Assembly (NCBI GenBank): GCA_049324195.1
Contig: JBMOKZ010000410.1
Coordinates: 1-39,145 of the forward strand
DNA length: 39,145 bases
Source: Candidatus Zixiibacteriota bacterium
Lineage (GTDB): Bacteria; Zixibacteria; MSB-5A5; GN15; FEB-12
Direction: 5' to 3'
In this document: one piece after another, positions 24,726 to 33,408 of the stretch
Layout: each line of letters starts with the position of its first letter
How positions within the stretch are numbered: position 1 is the stretch's first letter
Notes under the pieces: model-generated
The model's input: only the letters and a program-made list of their open reading frames with translations
Databases searched by the model: none
What the model was told of the DNA's origin: nothing
Made by a program: the position numbers and the translations under genes

Positions 24726-25847
24726 CTACCCTTTCTCGGATATTTTTTTCAGAACCAGGTTCATATCTTCATAAATGCTCGAGGCATCTTCCAGAGCAAG
24801 TTTTATTTTGGAAAGGGAGGGATTGGACTCGTGGGTACTGCGGTATTCATCGACCCCTCTTTGCCAGTTCAAACGACCCTGTTCCAGATAACAGCGAGCC
24901 AGGTCGGAATGCAAATCCACATAGGTCGGATTTTTCTTCAGCTCTTCTTTCAGGTAGGCGATCCGTTCCGCCAACGCTTTTTCCGAAATCCATTCCGAAG
25001 TCAGGGCGAATTTCATATAAAATCCTGAAAACTGTTCGCGGCTGTTTTCTTTCTTGGTTTCCCTGATTTTCCTGAAGATATTGAGGGCTCGTTTCAGTTC
25101 CCGGTTATTGAGCGCTTTCAAACCCTCGTCGAACGCCTGCCCTTTGAAAGCGGTATATATCAGGGTCGCTTTATACAAATAGTCGGAAATTTTCGCCAGG
25201 TAGCCGGGCCATTGCTGCCGGTCCTGATTTTTGAGAGCCTGATAAATGTAAGCCAGTCCCAAATTGAAATAAGCGTCGCTGTAATACAGGTTGATATTCA
25301 CCGCCTGCTGAAACTGCTCCACGGCGTCATCGACCAGATCGTCGGCCAGCAGGGCCTCACCCAGATTGTTGCGGTAATCGGCAAAGCCGGGCTTCTGGTT
25401 CACGGCCTGCCGGGCGGCGGCGATAGCCGCTTCGATATTGCCCAGCGCCAGTTCCGTCAGACCGAGCTGATTAAGCGACTGATGGTGTGCCGGGTCGAGA
25501 GCCACGGTGTTTTCAAACAGCGTCCGCGCCTCCTGATAAAAGCCCTTAAAATAAAAAGCTGTTCCGAGATAATATGACATCCGGACATCGCCGGCGTTGA
25601 CAATCTTGCGATAAGCTTGCAGAAGATTTTCCAGTTCTTTTTTCTTATCCTCGTGGGTCATTTTGACCAGCGAGAGAATTTCATTGGGACTGATATCGGT
25701 CGGGTGGAGGTTATTGGACGTTTCGGTCGGCACGCCGTTGATAAACACCGTCGTGGCGACCGTTCCCAGATTGGAATCGTTTACGGTTTGAATCAGATAT
25801 TCCGTATCCTTTTCACAAAGCCTGCTGCTTAAACGATAAGTTTCCAT
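24726..25847 (-). CDS. Cytoplasmic TPR protein with an uncharacterised N-terminal domain of about 75 aa
   Basis: GAGGAGG RBS; no signal peptide or TM helix; TPRs YYLGTAFY, LNQLGLTEL, PGFADYRNNLGEAL, YSDAYFNLGLAY, PTYVDLHSDLARCY. Confidence 0.88.
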   Translation of the reverse strand: METYRLSSRLCEKDTEYLIQTVNDSNLGTVATTVFINGVPTETSNNLHPTDISPNEILSLVKMTHEDKKKELENLLQAYRKIVNAGDVRMSYYLGTAFYFKGFYQEARTLFENTVALDPAHHQSLNQLGLTELALGNIEAAIAAARQAVNQKPGFADYRNNLGEALLADDLVDDAVEQFQQAVNINLYYSDAYFNLGLAYIYQALKNQDRQQWPGYLAKISDYLYKATLIYTAFKGQAFDEGLKALNNRELKRALNIFRKIRETKKENSREQFSGFYMKFALTSEWISEKALAERIAYLKEELKKNPTYVDLHSDLARCYLEQGRLNWQRGVDEYRSTHESNPSLSKIKLALEDASSIYEDMNLVLKKISEKG

Positions 25848-25874
25848 TGTCCTCCTCTATCGCCCTTGAATTTA

Positions 25875-26876
25875 TCAGTCGCCGGCCACGGCGGTTTCGG
25901 TGGTTTCTTCCGGCTTGATAAGTTCATAGAGCACCACCGCCGAGGTTATCCCGCCGATTAACGTCACCCAGGTGGTGACCCCGCCGCTGAAGAAGCTCTG
26001 TCGTCTTTCCGGAATGACGAAGGTGTCCTCGTTCTTGAGAATATATCGGGCCGGGCGACCGGTCTCGGTATATTTCTCCAGATTGACCTGATACGATTGG
26101 GCGTAATTGCCGTCTTTGGTAAGGATTTTCACCTTTTTCAGGTTAGCCTCTGGGGTCGGACCTCCGGCCAGGGCGAGCACTTCCATGAAGTCGATATTTT
26201 CCTCGTATTCTACGGGGCCGGGTTGATTGACCGCTCCGACGACATAAATAACGTTTTTCTTTTCGATATTCCGGCTGATATCCCCCGCGGTCAGTCCGAA
26301 GAGCCGACGGGGAATCTCGATGGTATCCTGCCGGCGGATTTTGGGCAGGCTGCTGAGTCGTCCCGAAGCGATCGCCTCACTGACATTGACCACCTCGACC
26401 TGACCGGCCTGGTCCCCGCCCCGGATGACGGTCACCCGCGACAGGTCGGCAAACTCGGTCACGCCGCCGGATTCGTTTATAATCGACCACAGGTCCGGTA
26501 TTTCCTCGAACGTTCTTTTTCCCGAGGTTTGAATCTCGCCGATAATATAGACATAATTGTAATTGTAAGTCGTGACTCGCACCACTGCCTGAGAGATATT
26601 CTTGTTCAGTCGTGACATATTGCGGACGATATCGGTCTGAAGTTCCTCCGTGGTCTTGCCCTCGGCCTGAATCTGACCGATTATATCCAGCGTTATCATG
26701 CCGTCAAGACTGACCCGAACGGTCGTGTTAAGTTGGGGGTCCTGCCAGAAGTTGATTTCCAGGACATCTTCGGGTCCTATTTTATACCCCTGAGCCAGGG
26801 CGGAAACAACGATTATAAGGGATATCAGAAGACTTATCCGAATTGTCTTCCATGACAAAAGCTGATTATTTTTCAT
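25875..26876 (-). CDS. wza: Polysaccharide export protein (Wza/OPX family, Poly_export plus SLBB repeats)
   Basis: YKIGPEDVLEINFW, VSLDGMITLDIIGQI...GKT, VYIIGEI, IYVVGAVNQPG, LALAGG, and a C-terminal amphipathic helix. Confidence 0.92.
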   Translation of the reverse strand: MKNNQLLSWKTIRISLLISLIIVVSALAQGYKIGPEDVLEINFWQDPQLNTTVRVSLDGMITLDIIGQIQAEGKTTEELQTDIVRNMSRLNKNISQAVVRVTTYNYNYVYIIGEIQTSGKRTFEEIPDLWSIINESGGVTEFADLSRVTVIRGGDQAGQVEVVNVSEAIASGRLSSLPKIRRQDTIEIPRRLFGLTAGDISRNIEKKNVIYVVGAVNQPGPVEYEENIDFMEVLALAGGPTPEANLKKVKILTKDGNYAQSYQVNLEKYTETGRPARYILKNEDTFVIPERRQSFFSGGVTTWVTLIGGITSAVVLYELIKPEETTETAVAGD

Positions 26877-26999
26877 AACTATGTTTTTCCGTTAAATAAG
26901 TTTATACCTTAAAAATCGGATAATATTTGATTTTATTAAGAAAAATAATATAGAGGATACTCAAATGAGTGTAAAGAATAAAAACACGACTAAAAAAGA

Positions 27000-28646
27000 C
27001 TATTCAAGGACGGCTTCTTTTTCACCGAACAGCAAAAACTTGTTGCGGCCGGCTTCCTTGGCCTGTAAAAGGGCCATATCCGCCGAAAATATCAGCTTTT
27101 CGGCGTTATCGGCATGGTCCGGGAAGATGGCTCCGCCTTGCGAGATGGTGCAGTTTAAATCCCGGTCGAGTTCGTTGATACGGAATTTAGAGTTCGAGAT
27201 TTTCAACTGGAGACGGTTCATAAAACGCTTGCAGGTCGCCTGATCGGCCTCGGGCATGATTACACAGAACTCATCGCCGCCGTACCGGGCGATGATATCG
27301 ATAGCCCGGATGGAACTACGCAATATCTGACCCAGTCGCTGTAAGGTGGCGTCGCCTGCCAGATGACCGTAATTATCGTTGATGCTTTTGAGGTCATCCA
27401 TATCGAAAATAATCAAAGCCAGAGACCGCCGGTAACGTTTGGCACGGTCGATTTCCTCGTTGAGCCGCTTGCTGAAATACCGATGGTTAGCCAGACCCGT
27501 CAGGTTGTCGGTATAAGACATCTCCTCGATTTTTTCATAAGATTCAGCGTTCTCAATCAAATATCCGGCCTGGGGCTGCGCCAGGACCAGTCGTGCGACA
27601 GTCGCCTGCGGTTCTCCCCCGCCGCTCCACGCAAGCAGACCCGCCTGACGGGAATTGAGCGAGAACGGCATAACAAAACGAAGTCCGGCTTTTTTTAGAT
27701 TTTGATTCAGGATTTCTGCACCGCAGTCGTCAATGGCAAACTCATCGAGAGACCGGTACCCGTTCTGACCCAGTTTCGCCAAACAAGTTTTAAACGCTTC
27801 CGACGAGGGCGTTTCCAGACCGCCGGTCACCCCCTGCTTGATTATGTTAAGAATCTCCCGCTGACGACTCTCGTAAATGAAAGCTACCTGATTCAAATCA
27901 AGGTCCTTGGCCAGAGCGTCGATTATTTTGGGTACGATGGTTTCCGAGTTGCGGTGTTTGACCAGTTTTAAAATATTCATGCCCGTAAAGCCCGTAACTT
28001 CCCTGGTCACCCGCGGCGCCGGGCGGGTCTGCTGTATTTTCTGCTCAAGTTTGCTATAGCGGGATTCGTGCCATTTGATATGGTAGGCCGCCGAAAGGGA
28101 CTGCGCCAGAGCTGCCAAGAGGAGATTGAAAGAAGGGGTTCTGGTCTCGAAAGTGCTTCGGATAAAATAGACCCCGTAAAGGTTCTCTCGCCAGAAAATG
28201 GGAAAATAAACATCGAAACCCATGCTCTCCAGCCGCTCGTAAACCGTTCCAGGGATTTGTTCTTTAAGGCGTAGCAATTTCTGCGGCAAAAAAGTCGTCT
28301 TGAAAAGAACCGCCAGTTCATCGCTGAATTTAATACGGAAATCACTGCGATTGAAACGATTGATACCGTGATAATAATTCAGTTCGAGGAAATTCCTTTG
28401 TTTTCGTAAAAAGACAATTCGTTGGCATTCAAACACATTCTTCAACAGGTCGGAAACTTTCCCAGCCACCTGTAAAATTGTACCCTCAACGCTGTTGGTT
28501 TTCAGAAACTCGGAGAATTCCTCCAAATTCATGTTTTTAATTATTGATAGATATTTTTTCTCATGCCGGATTCTGAAGATCAATAAAAAGGCCAGGGCGA
28601 CAACCAGGACAACCAGGGTCGCCGTAATAAAATTTTGGTCAAGCAT
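27000..28646 (-). CDS. Membrane-anchored diguanylate cyclase with degenerate GAF-like region(s)
   Basis: One N-terminal TM helix; TDNLTGL, DMDDLKSINDNYGHLAGD, I-site RAID five residues before an intact GGDEF, ADMALLQAKEAGRN. Confidence 0.95.
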   Translation of the reverse strand: MLDQNFITATLVVLVVALAFLLIFRIRHEKKYLSIIKNMNLEEFSEFLKTNSVEGTILQVAGKVSDLLKNVFECQRIVFLRKQRNFLELNYYHGINRFNRSDFRIKFSDELAVLFKTTFLPQKLLRLKEQIPGTVYERLESMGFDVYFPIFWRENLYGVYFIRSTFETRTPSFNLLLAALAQSLSAAYHIKWHESRYSKLEQKIQQTRPAPRVTREVTGFTGMNILKLVKHRNSETIVPKIIDALAKDLDLNQVAFIYESRQREILNIIKQGVTGGLETPSSEAFKTCLAKLGQNGYRSLDEFAIDDCGAEILNQNLKKAGLRFVMPFSLNSRQAGLLAWSGGGEPQATVARLVLAQPQAGYLIENAESYEKIEEMSYTDNLTGLANHRYFSKRLNEEIDRAKRYRRSLALIIFDMDDLKSINDNYGHLAGDATLQRLGQILRSSIRAIDIIARYGGDEFCVIMPEADQATCKRFMNRLQLKISNSKFRINELDRDLNCTISQGGAIFPDHADNAEKLIFSADMALLQAKEAGRNKFLLFGEKEAVLE

Positions 28647-28679
28647 TGTGTTCCACCAATACTAACGGCTTATATATAT

Positions 28680-28707
28680 AAAATAATGCGAATCCTGATT
28701 GTGTCAA
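28680..28707 (-). promoter_or_regulatory. Putative sigma70 promoter upstream of the diguanylate cyclase
   Basis: Minus strand TTGACA-N16-TATTTT, 34 nt before the ATG. Confidence 0.45.
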
Positions 28708-28720
28708 CTAAAAGTATGAA

Positions 28721-29404
28721 TTAAAATTGCTTACGGGCGTATTTAAAGCGGGATTTCTTTTTTAAAAGACCTTTTTTCTTAAGAATCGAAAAAATCCCCC
28801 ACCAGCCGATGTTTCTTTCGGCCCCATGATTATTGATTTCCTGCTTGATTTCAAAGATAGACATAAAGGGGTCCTGCCGCACCAGTCGCATTACCTGCAT
28901 TTCGATATTGCCGGAATCACCGTCGGTGAATTCCCCCTGACCGTCATATAACTGGTGAGTACCTCTCGAGGAAGACCCGATTTCGTTAACGACGGTGACG
29001 CGGGTTATTTTTTGGTCTTTTTTTTTTAACACTCCCGCTTCGACAAGCTGAGTTTCGAATTTGTCCCGAGCCGCATCCACGGAGTTATACGCCTGCAGAA
29101 CCTTGTCGAATTCCAGAAGTTCGTAAATCTCGTAGACGTTGGGAATCATATTCGCCAGCTTGATATCACCCCCGTTTAAGCGCAGGTCCTTGATATGCGA
29201 GATGAAAATTCCCCATCCGGCGGAAGAAATGTAATCCACCCCGGCCAGGTCGATGACGATATTATAGCGCTGCCGCTTGACCAGCGAATCGATGACTTCC
29301 TCGAGTTCACCAGCGGTCAGGGTATCTATAACACCGTCGATTCTAACCTCGGAAACGGTATTATTGATTCCGCATTCGGAAAGAGAAATGCTAATATTTT
29401 CCAT
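28721..29404 (-). CDS. STAS anti-sigma-factor antagonist with a C-terminal HTH-like extension
   Basis: GVIDTLTAGELE, IVIDLAGVDYISSAGWG (phospho-acceptor Ser motif), GGDIKLA. The tail VRQDPFMSIFEIKQEI...IGWWGIFSILKKKGL resembles an HTH. Confidence 0.9.
   Translation of the reverse strand: MENISISLSECGINNTVSEVRIDGVIDTLTAGELEEVIDSLVKRQRYNIVIDLAGVDYISSAGWGIFISHIKDLRLNGGDIKLANMIPNVYEIYELLEFDKVLQAYNSVDAARDKFETQLVEAGVLKKKDQKITRVTVVNEIGSSSRGTHQLYDGQGEFTDGDSGNIEMQVMRLVRQDPFMSIFEIKQEINNHGAERNIGWWGIFSILKKKGLLKKKSRFKYARKQF
29018..29027 (-). repeat. A10 homopolymer (coding strand) at the STAS/tail junction
   Basis: GTG TTA AAA AAA AAA GAC on the coding strand; T10 on the plus strand. Confidence 0.9.
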
Positions 29405-29474
29405 AATTTAAGCCAATAACTGTTGTAATTATTCGGTAAAAAAGAGAAAAAAAGTGAATCTCGCAAGTAAATTA

Positions 29475-31529
29475 TTATTCGTCGGATTTTTTGACCGAGG
29501 AGTTCTCGATATTCTGGGTGTCGATGGTCTGGCTGATTTCCCGGGCCGTTTCGGTATCTTTTTCGGTCCCTGACAGAACCGACCGGGCCAGGATAAAAGT
29601 GATATCGTCGGTCTGTTTCATGAATCCGGCATAATTGTCGATTTCCTCAACAATCGCCCGGGACAAGTCGGATATCTTCTGGGGATACTGATGGCTCAAC
29701 TGGCCATGCATGAACTTGCCTAAAGGCTCCATCCCGTACTGGTTGCCCTCGCGGTCGGTGGCTTCAGTGATACCATCGGTGTACACAAAGAAAACGTCCC
29801 CTTCTTCGAGTTCCAGACTGACCTCCTCGAGACTTTCCTCGAAGGTCTGGACGAGCGTCACGGGAAACCCGAGCGGCATCCCGGTCGGGTTAATTTGGGA
29901 AATCTTGCCGGTCCGGTACCGGTACAACAGCATGGGGTTGTGCCCGGCCGAGACGAAATTCAATTTTCTATCCGAGGCATCGTATATCGCCAGCAGCACC
30001 GTAATAAACATTCCCGGCGGGATATTCTTTTCCATGTAATCGTTGACCAAAATCAGCGTTTCCTTAGCCGAGACGGCTTCTTCGGATTTGATGCGGATGA
30101 CCGTCCGAATCATGGACATCACCAGCGAGGCCGGGACCCCCTTTCCGGATACGTCGGCCACCACCAGACAGTACCGGTTCGAGCTGATTTCGAAAATATC
30201 ATAAAGGTCACCGCCGACCATCGAGGCAGCGCGGTAAAAAGTATCGACCTCAAGACCGGGGAGATGCGGCAGTTTGCGGGGCAGCAGGGTCTTTTGAATC
30301 TGCGAGGCGACCTCGATTTCCTTGGCCATTTTCTCCCGGGCGACGACATTTTTACGGTCGCGACTCAGCCGGGTCATCATATCGTTGAGAGCGCGGGAAA
30401 TCTCGAAAAACTCGTCGGCGCCCTCGAGCGGCAGTTCCGTTTCAAGGTCGCCCGAGGTAAACTGCCTGACCCGGTGAGTTATCCGGACAATTGGTTTAAC
30501 GAAATAATTGGAAAGGATATATATACCCAATACTCCTACCAGCAACAGAATGCCGGTCAGCGCCAAAAACCGCATCCGGGCGTCGTTCAGCTTCTTGTAG
30601 ATGGGCGCCGAGGAATAGATGATGAAAGCTCTGCCCAGCATCCGTTCGCCCACTTTAATCGGCACAACCAGATAATTTTTCTGGCTTCCGTCAACGATAA
30701 AACGCTGAGTAACGTTGAGCATCTGAACATCGATATAGTTCGGCGGGATATACGGCTTGCGCAGGTTAAGGATATCCTCACTGTGAGCCAGGATAATACC
30801 GCTGGAATCGGTCAGGACAATCAACTGCAGAATCGGGTTGGAACGCAAATAGCTCTGAATCAATTCATCGAATTCTACATCGCTGCGGCTGTTGATGATA
30901 TACCCGGCAACCTGTTCGGCCATGGAAGCGGTCAGCGCCTTGACGGTGTCGTCGAGGTGGGCATAGACCTCTTTTTTGGTGCGGTCGTTGATATAATAAA
31001 AAGTTCCGCCGATTATCAGACAGACGATAAACATGGTCCAGAACGAGAATTTGACCCTCAGGGTAAACATCCGCCGGAGAATCGACGGGGAGTCGCCGGG
31101 GGCGCCGTGAATGCGTTTGATCATCCGCAATTCGTTAAAGCCGGCGGCCGATATATATTCCACCGAATTCATAATCCGTTGAATCATGTAAAAGCCCAGC
31201 CCGCCCTTGCGGCCCGACTCGACCAGCCGTTCCAGGTCAATTTTTCCCGAGCCGTCCGGCTGGAACGAACGTCCCGAGTCAATCAACGAAAAAGCGATCA
31301 TCTTTTTATAGATAACGATTCGGAGCCGCAGGGTGCCCTTCTCGTAGAGATAGGCGTGGCGGATAATGTTGGTCGCCCCTTCCTCGATGGCCAGAAGCAC
31401 CGCCGAGACATCCTTACGCGACATCCCTGCCGTGGTGCAGCTTTCCTTTACGATCTGACGGATATTATCGAGGTATTTTTCTTCGGCCAGAAACTCGGCA
31501 TCGATTTCTTTTATCGGGCGATGAAACAT
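29475..31529 (-). CDS. Bifunctional membrane sensor: RsbW-type Ser/Thr kinase, TM, Cache-like periplasmic domain, TM, HAMP, SpoIIE/PP2C phosphatase
   Basis: Kinase motifs EEGATNIIRHAY, IDSGRSF, GGLGFYMI. TM helices FWTMFIVCLIIGGTFYYI and FLALTGILLLVGVLGIYIL. HAMP KPIVRIT...GDL...DEFFEISRALNDM. PP2C motifs VGGDLYD, ADVSGKG, SAGHNP, YTDGITE, DDIT. Confidence 0.93.
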   Translation of the reverse strand: MFHRPIKEIDAEFLAEEKYLDNIRQIVKESCTTAGMSRKDVSAVLLAIEEGATNIIRHAYLYEKGTLRLRIVIYKKMIAFSLIDSGRSFQPDGSGKIDLERLVESGRKGGLGFYMIQRIMNSVEYISAAGFNELRMIKRIHGAPGDSPSILRRMFTLRVKFSFWTMFIVCLIIGGTFYYINDRTKKEVYAHLDDTVKALTASMAEQVAGYIINSRSDVEFDELIQSYLRSNPILQLIVLTDSSGIILAHSEDILNLRKPYIPPNYIDVQMLNVTQRFIVDGSQKNYLVVPIKVGERMLGRAFIIYSSAPIYKKLNDARMRFLALTGILLLVGVLGIYILSNYFVKPIVRITHRVRQFTSGDLETELPLEGADEFFEISRALNDMMTRLSRDRKNVVAREKMAKEIEVASQIQKTLLPRKLPHLPGLEVDTFYRAASMVGGDLYDIFEISSNRYCLVVADVSGKGVPASLVMSMIRTVIRIKSEEAVSAKETLILVNDYMEKNIPPGMFITVLLAIYDASDRKLNFVSAGHNPMLLYRYRTGKISQINPTGMPLGFPVTLVQTFEESLEEVSLELEEGDVFFVYTDGITEATDREGNQYGMEPLGKFMHGQLSHQYPQKISDLSRAIVEEIDNYAGFMKQTDDITFILARSVLSGTEKDTETAREISQTIDTQNIENSSVKKSDE

Positions 31530-31572
31530 AAGTACAGTTTAGGCAAGAACGGTTTCAGAAACTATTAAAAAA

Positions 31573-33408
31573 TTATTTTTCGGTTTGACCACCGGGGTTC
31601 AAGCGCAGTTTGGCCTGCTCGATATTATGCAGCGTGTTGACATTACCCGGATAGACTTCGAGCACCTTCTCCCAGGCGTCAATCGCTTTCTGGTATTCCT
31701 TGTTACGCATATAGCGGATTCCCTCGAGATAGAGGTTCCAGATTTCCTTGTCTTGCTGGAGTTCCTCGAGGGTCGAGGCCTGGGTTTGCGCCTTTTCGAT
31801 CTTGTCGATATAATCCAGCGCCACCGGTTCGAGACTGTCGATTTCCAGCACCTGCTCAAACCGCTTGCGAGCGTCGTCATATTGCCCCTTTTTGAAAAGG
31901 GAGATACCCAGGTTAAGCTGCTGCGACAAATCCAGAGTGTTCAAAGCTCTTTCCCTGGCTGTCGAGGCGGCTTCGTTGTACGGGTCCAAATCGAGAATAC
32001 GGTTATAAGCTTCGATTGCCCCCATCATACGACCCTCCGTTTCCGCCGCCCGCGCCGCATCCCAGTTCAAGGCAATCTCTTTCGTCACGGTTTCGGTAAT
32101 CTCTTTTTCAAGGCTTACCGCCCGAACATCGTGCGGCTCGATTTCAAAAATAAGGTTCAGCATATCCAGGGCAGCGGCATAGTATTTCTTGCGGTAAAAA
32201 TCTTCGGCCTGATTGTAATACCGGTCGATAAACTGCTGATAGCCCTGGCTAGCCTGATTGATGCGCTCCTGCTGTTCCATCTCCACTTTCATGGCTTCTT
32301 CGATGGAAACGATCGTTTCCATTATTTCTTCGTTGCCCGGGTCGACCACCAGCGCCTGCTGGTAATAGACAAGGGCTGAATCGAGCTGGAATTGACGGAA
32401 GAAATAGTCGGCCTGGGTCTTGAGCCGCATGAATTCCCGCTGTTTTTCATCGATTTCGACCGGCGGCAGCGAGGTCGCTCCGATATCTTTTTGCGCCATG
32501 CGGTCGGCGGTCGAGGACCCGATAAAGAACGACAGCGAGAAGTTATGAATATCCTCGATAAAGTCCATGACCTTATAAGCATAGTCGAATTTCAGCCGGT
32601 GAAATCGCAAGCCGGCTCCAAAGGACAAATTGTCGCGGTCGTAACCTGTCCGCAGGTAATAGGCGTCGTAAAACGCCACCTGAATCCCGCCGTGCAATTT
32701 GAACGAACGCTGCTCGTACTTCTCGAAATCCAGCGAGGCGGTTACCGCCAGACGGTCGGATATTTTCAGGTCCTGATACGAGAGTCCGCCCATCAGCGAG
32801 CTCGGGACGGTTTCCTCGTAGGTGTTCAGCTTTATTTTGGCGGGGACAACATCCCGAGCCATCAAGCCCAGCGAAAGGTTTTTGTACAGCCGCATCCGTA
32901 CGGCGGCATCCAGTCCGAAACCGTAATCGGAATAATCATCGAGCGACTGGTTGACAATTTTGGCGTTGATGCCCAGCGCCAGGTTACGCCCCAGTTTCTG
33001 TCCGAAAGATATGAGAATCTGGGAATAAGTATAATCGAAAAGATACTGTTCTTCGAAATTAACGGTTTTCAGAATGTCATCGGTTCCGACCCGCATAAAG
33101 CCAAGCCCGATCCCATTTTTATCCGAGAAGGGATACACCCAGGAGGCATAATCGTAAATCGTTCCCTCAAAAAGAACGGTGTGCATAACCGACAGTTCCT
33201 GGAAATCGAGATAAGACAGACAGGCGGGATTGTAATAAACAGCCGAGGCGTCGGCGGCCAGCGAAGTATACCCGCCGCCCATTCCCAGTGCCACAGCGCC
33301 GGCGCCATGTGAAAAAACCGACTCCTGCCCGGCGTCATCAGCCGCCACCGAAACCGCGAGCAGCGCCCAAAAAACAAGCACCGGAATTATCAGTCGTCTT
33401 GTCGTCAT
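31573..33408 (-). CDS. PorV/PorQ (UPF0164)-like outer-membrane beta-barrel fused to a C-terminal TPR region
   Basis: Signal peptide; GAGAVALGMGGGYTSLAADASAVYYNPACL; last strands LRTGY...FGAGL...FDYAY...HNFSLSF; then about 300 aa of TPR/helical repeats (AYNRILDLDP, FEQVLEIDS, WEKVLEVYP). Confidence 0.85.
   Translation of the reverse strand: MTTRRLIIPVLVFWALLAVSVAADDAGQESVFSHGAGAVALGMGGGYTSLAADASAVYYNPACLSYLDFQELSVMHTVLFEGTIYDYASWVYPFSDKNGIGLGFMRVGTDDILKTVNFEEQYLFDYTYSQILISFGQKLGRNLALGINAKIVNQSLDDYSDYGFGLDAAVRMRLYKNLSLGLMARDVVPAKIKLNTYEETVPSSLMGGLSYQDLKISDRLAVTASLDFEKYEQRSFKLHGGIQVAFYDAYYLRTGYDRDNLSFGAGLRFHRLKFDYAYKVMDFIEDIHNFSLSFFIGSSTADRMAQKDIGATSLPPVEIDEKQREFMRLKTQADYFFRQFQLDSALVYYQQALVVDPGNEEIMETIVSIEEAMKVEMEQQERINQASQGYQQFIDRYYNQAEDFYRKKYYAAALDMLNLIFEIEPHDVRAVSLEKEITETVTKEIALNWDAARAAETEGRMMGAIEAYNRILDLDPYNEAASTARERALNTLDLSQQLNLGISLFKKGQYDDARKRFEQVLEIDSLEPVALDYIDKIEKAQTQASTLEELQQDKEIWNLYLEGIRYMRNKEYQKAIDAWEKVLEVYPGNVNTLHNIEQAKLRLNPGGQTEK

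Noticed and set aside
28721-28910. The HTH-like STAS tail as a transposase remnant or separate gene
   Set aside because: It is in frame with STAS, with no terminal inverted repeats, no DDE domain and no RBS before the internal Met codons.
29895-31568. 557-aa plus-strand ORF, and similar long antisense ORFs (4813-5688, 5906-6751, 15106-15855, 18628-19461, 31585-32379, 32392-33312)
   Set aside because: Each lies antisense to a gene with clear family motifs and has no recognisable motif itself. These are typical shadow ORFs produced by codon bias.
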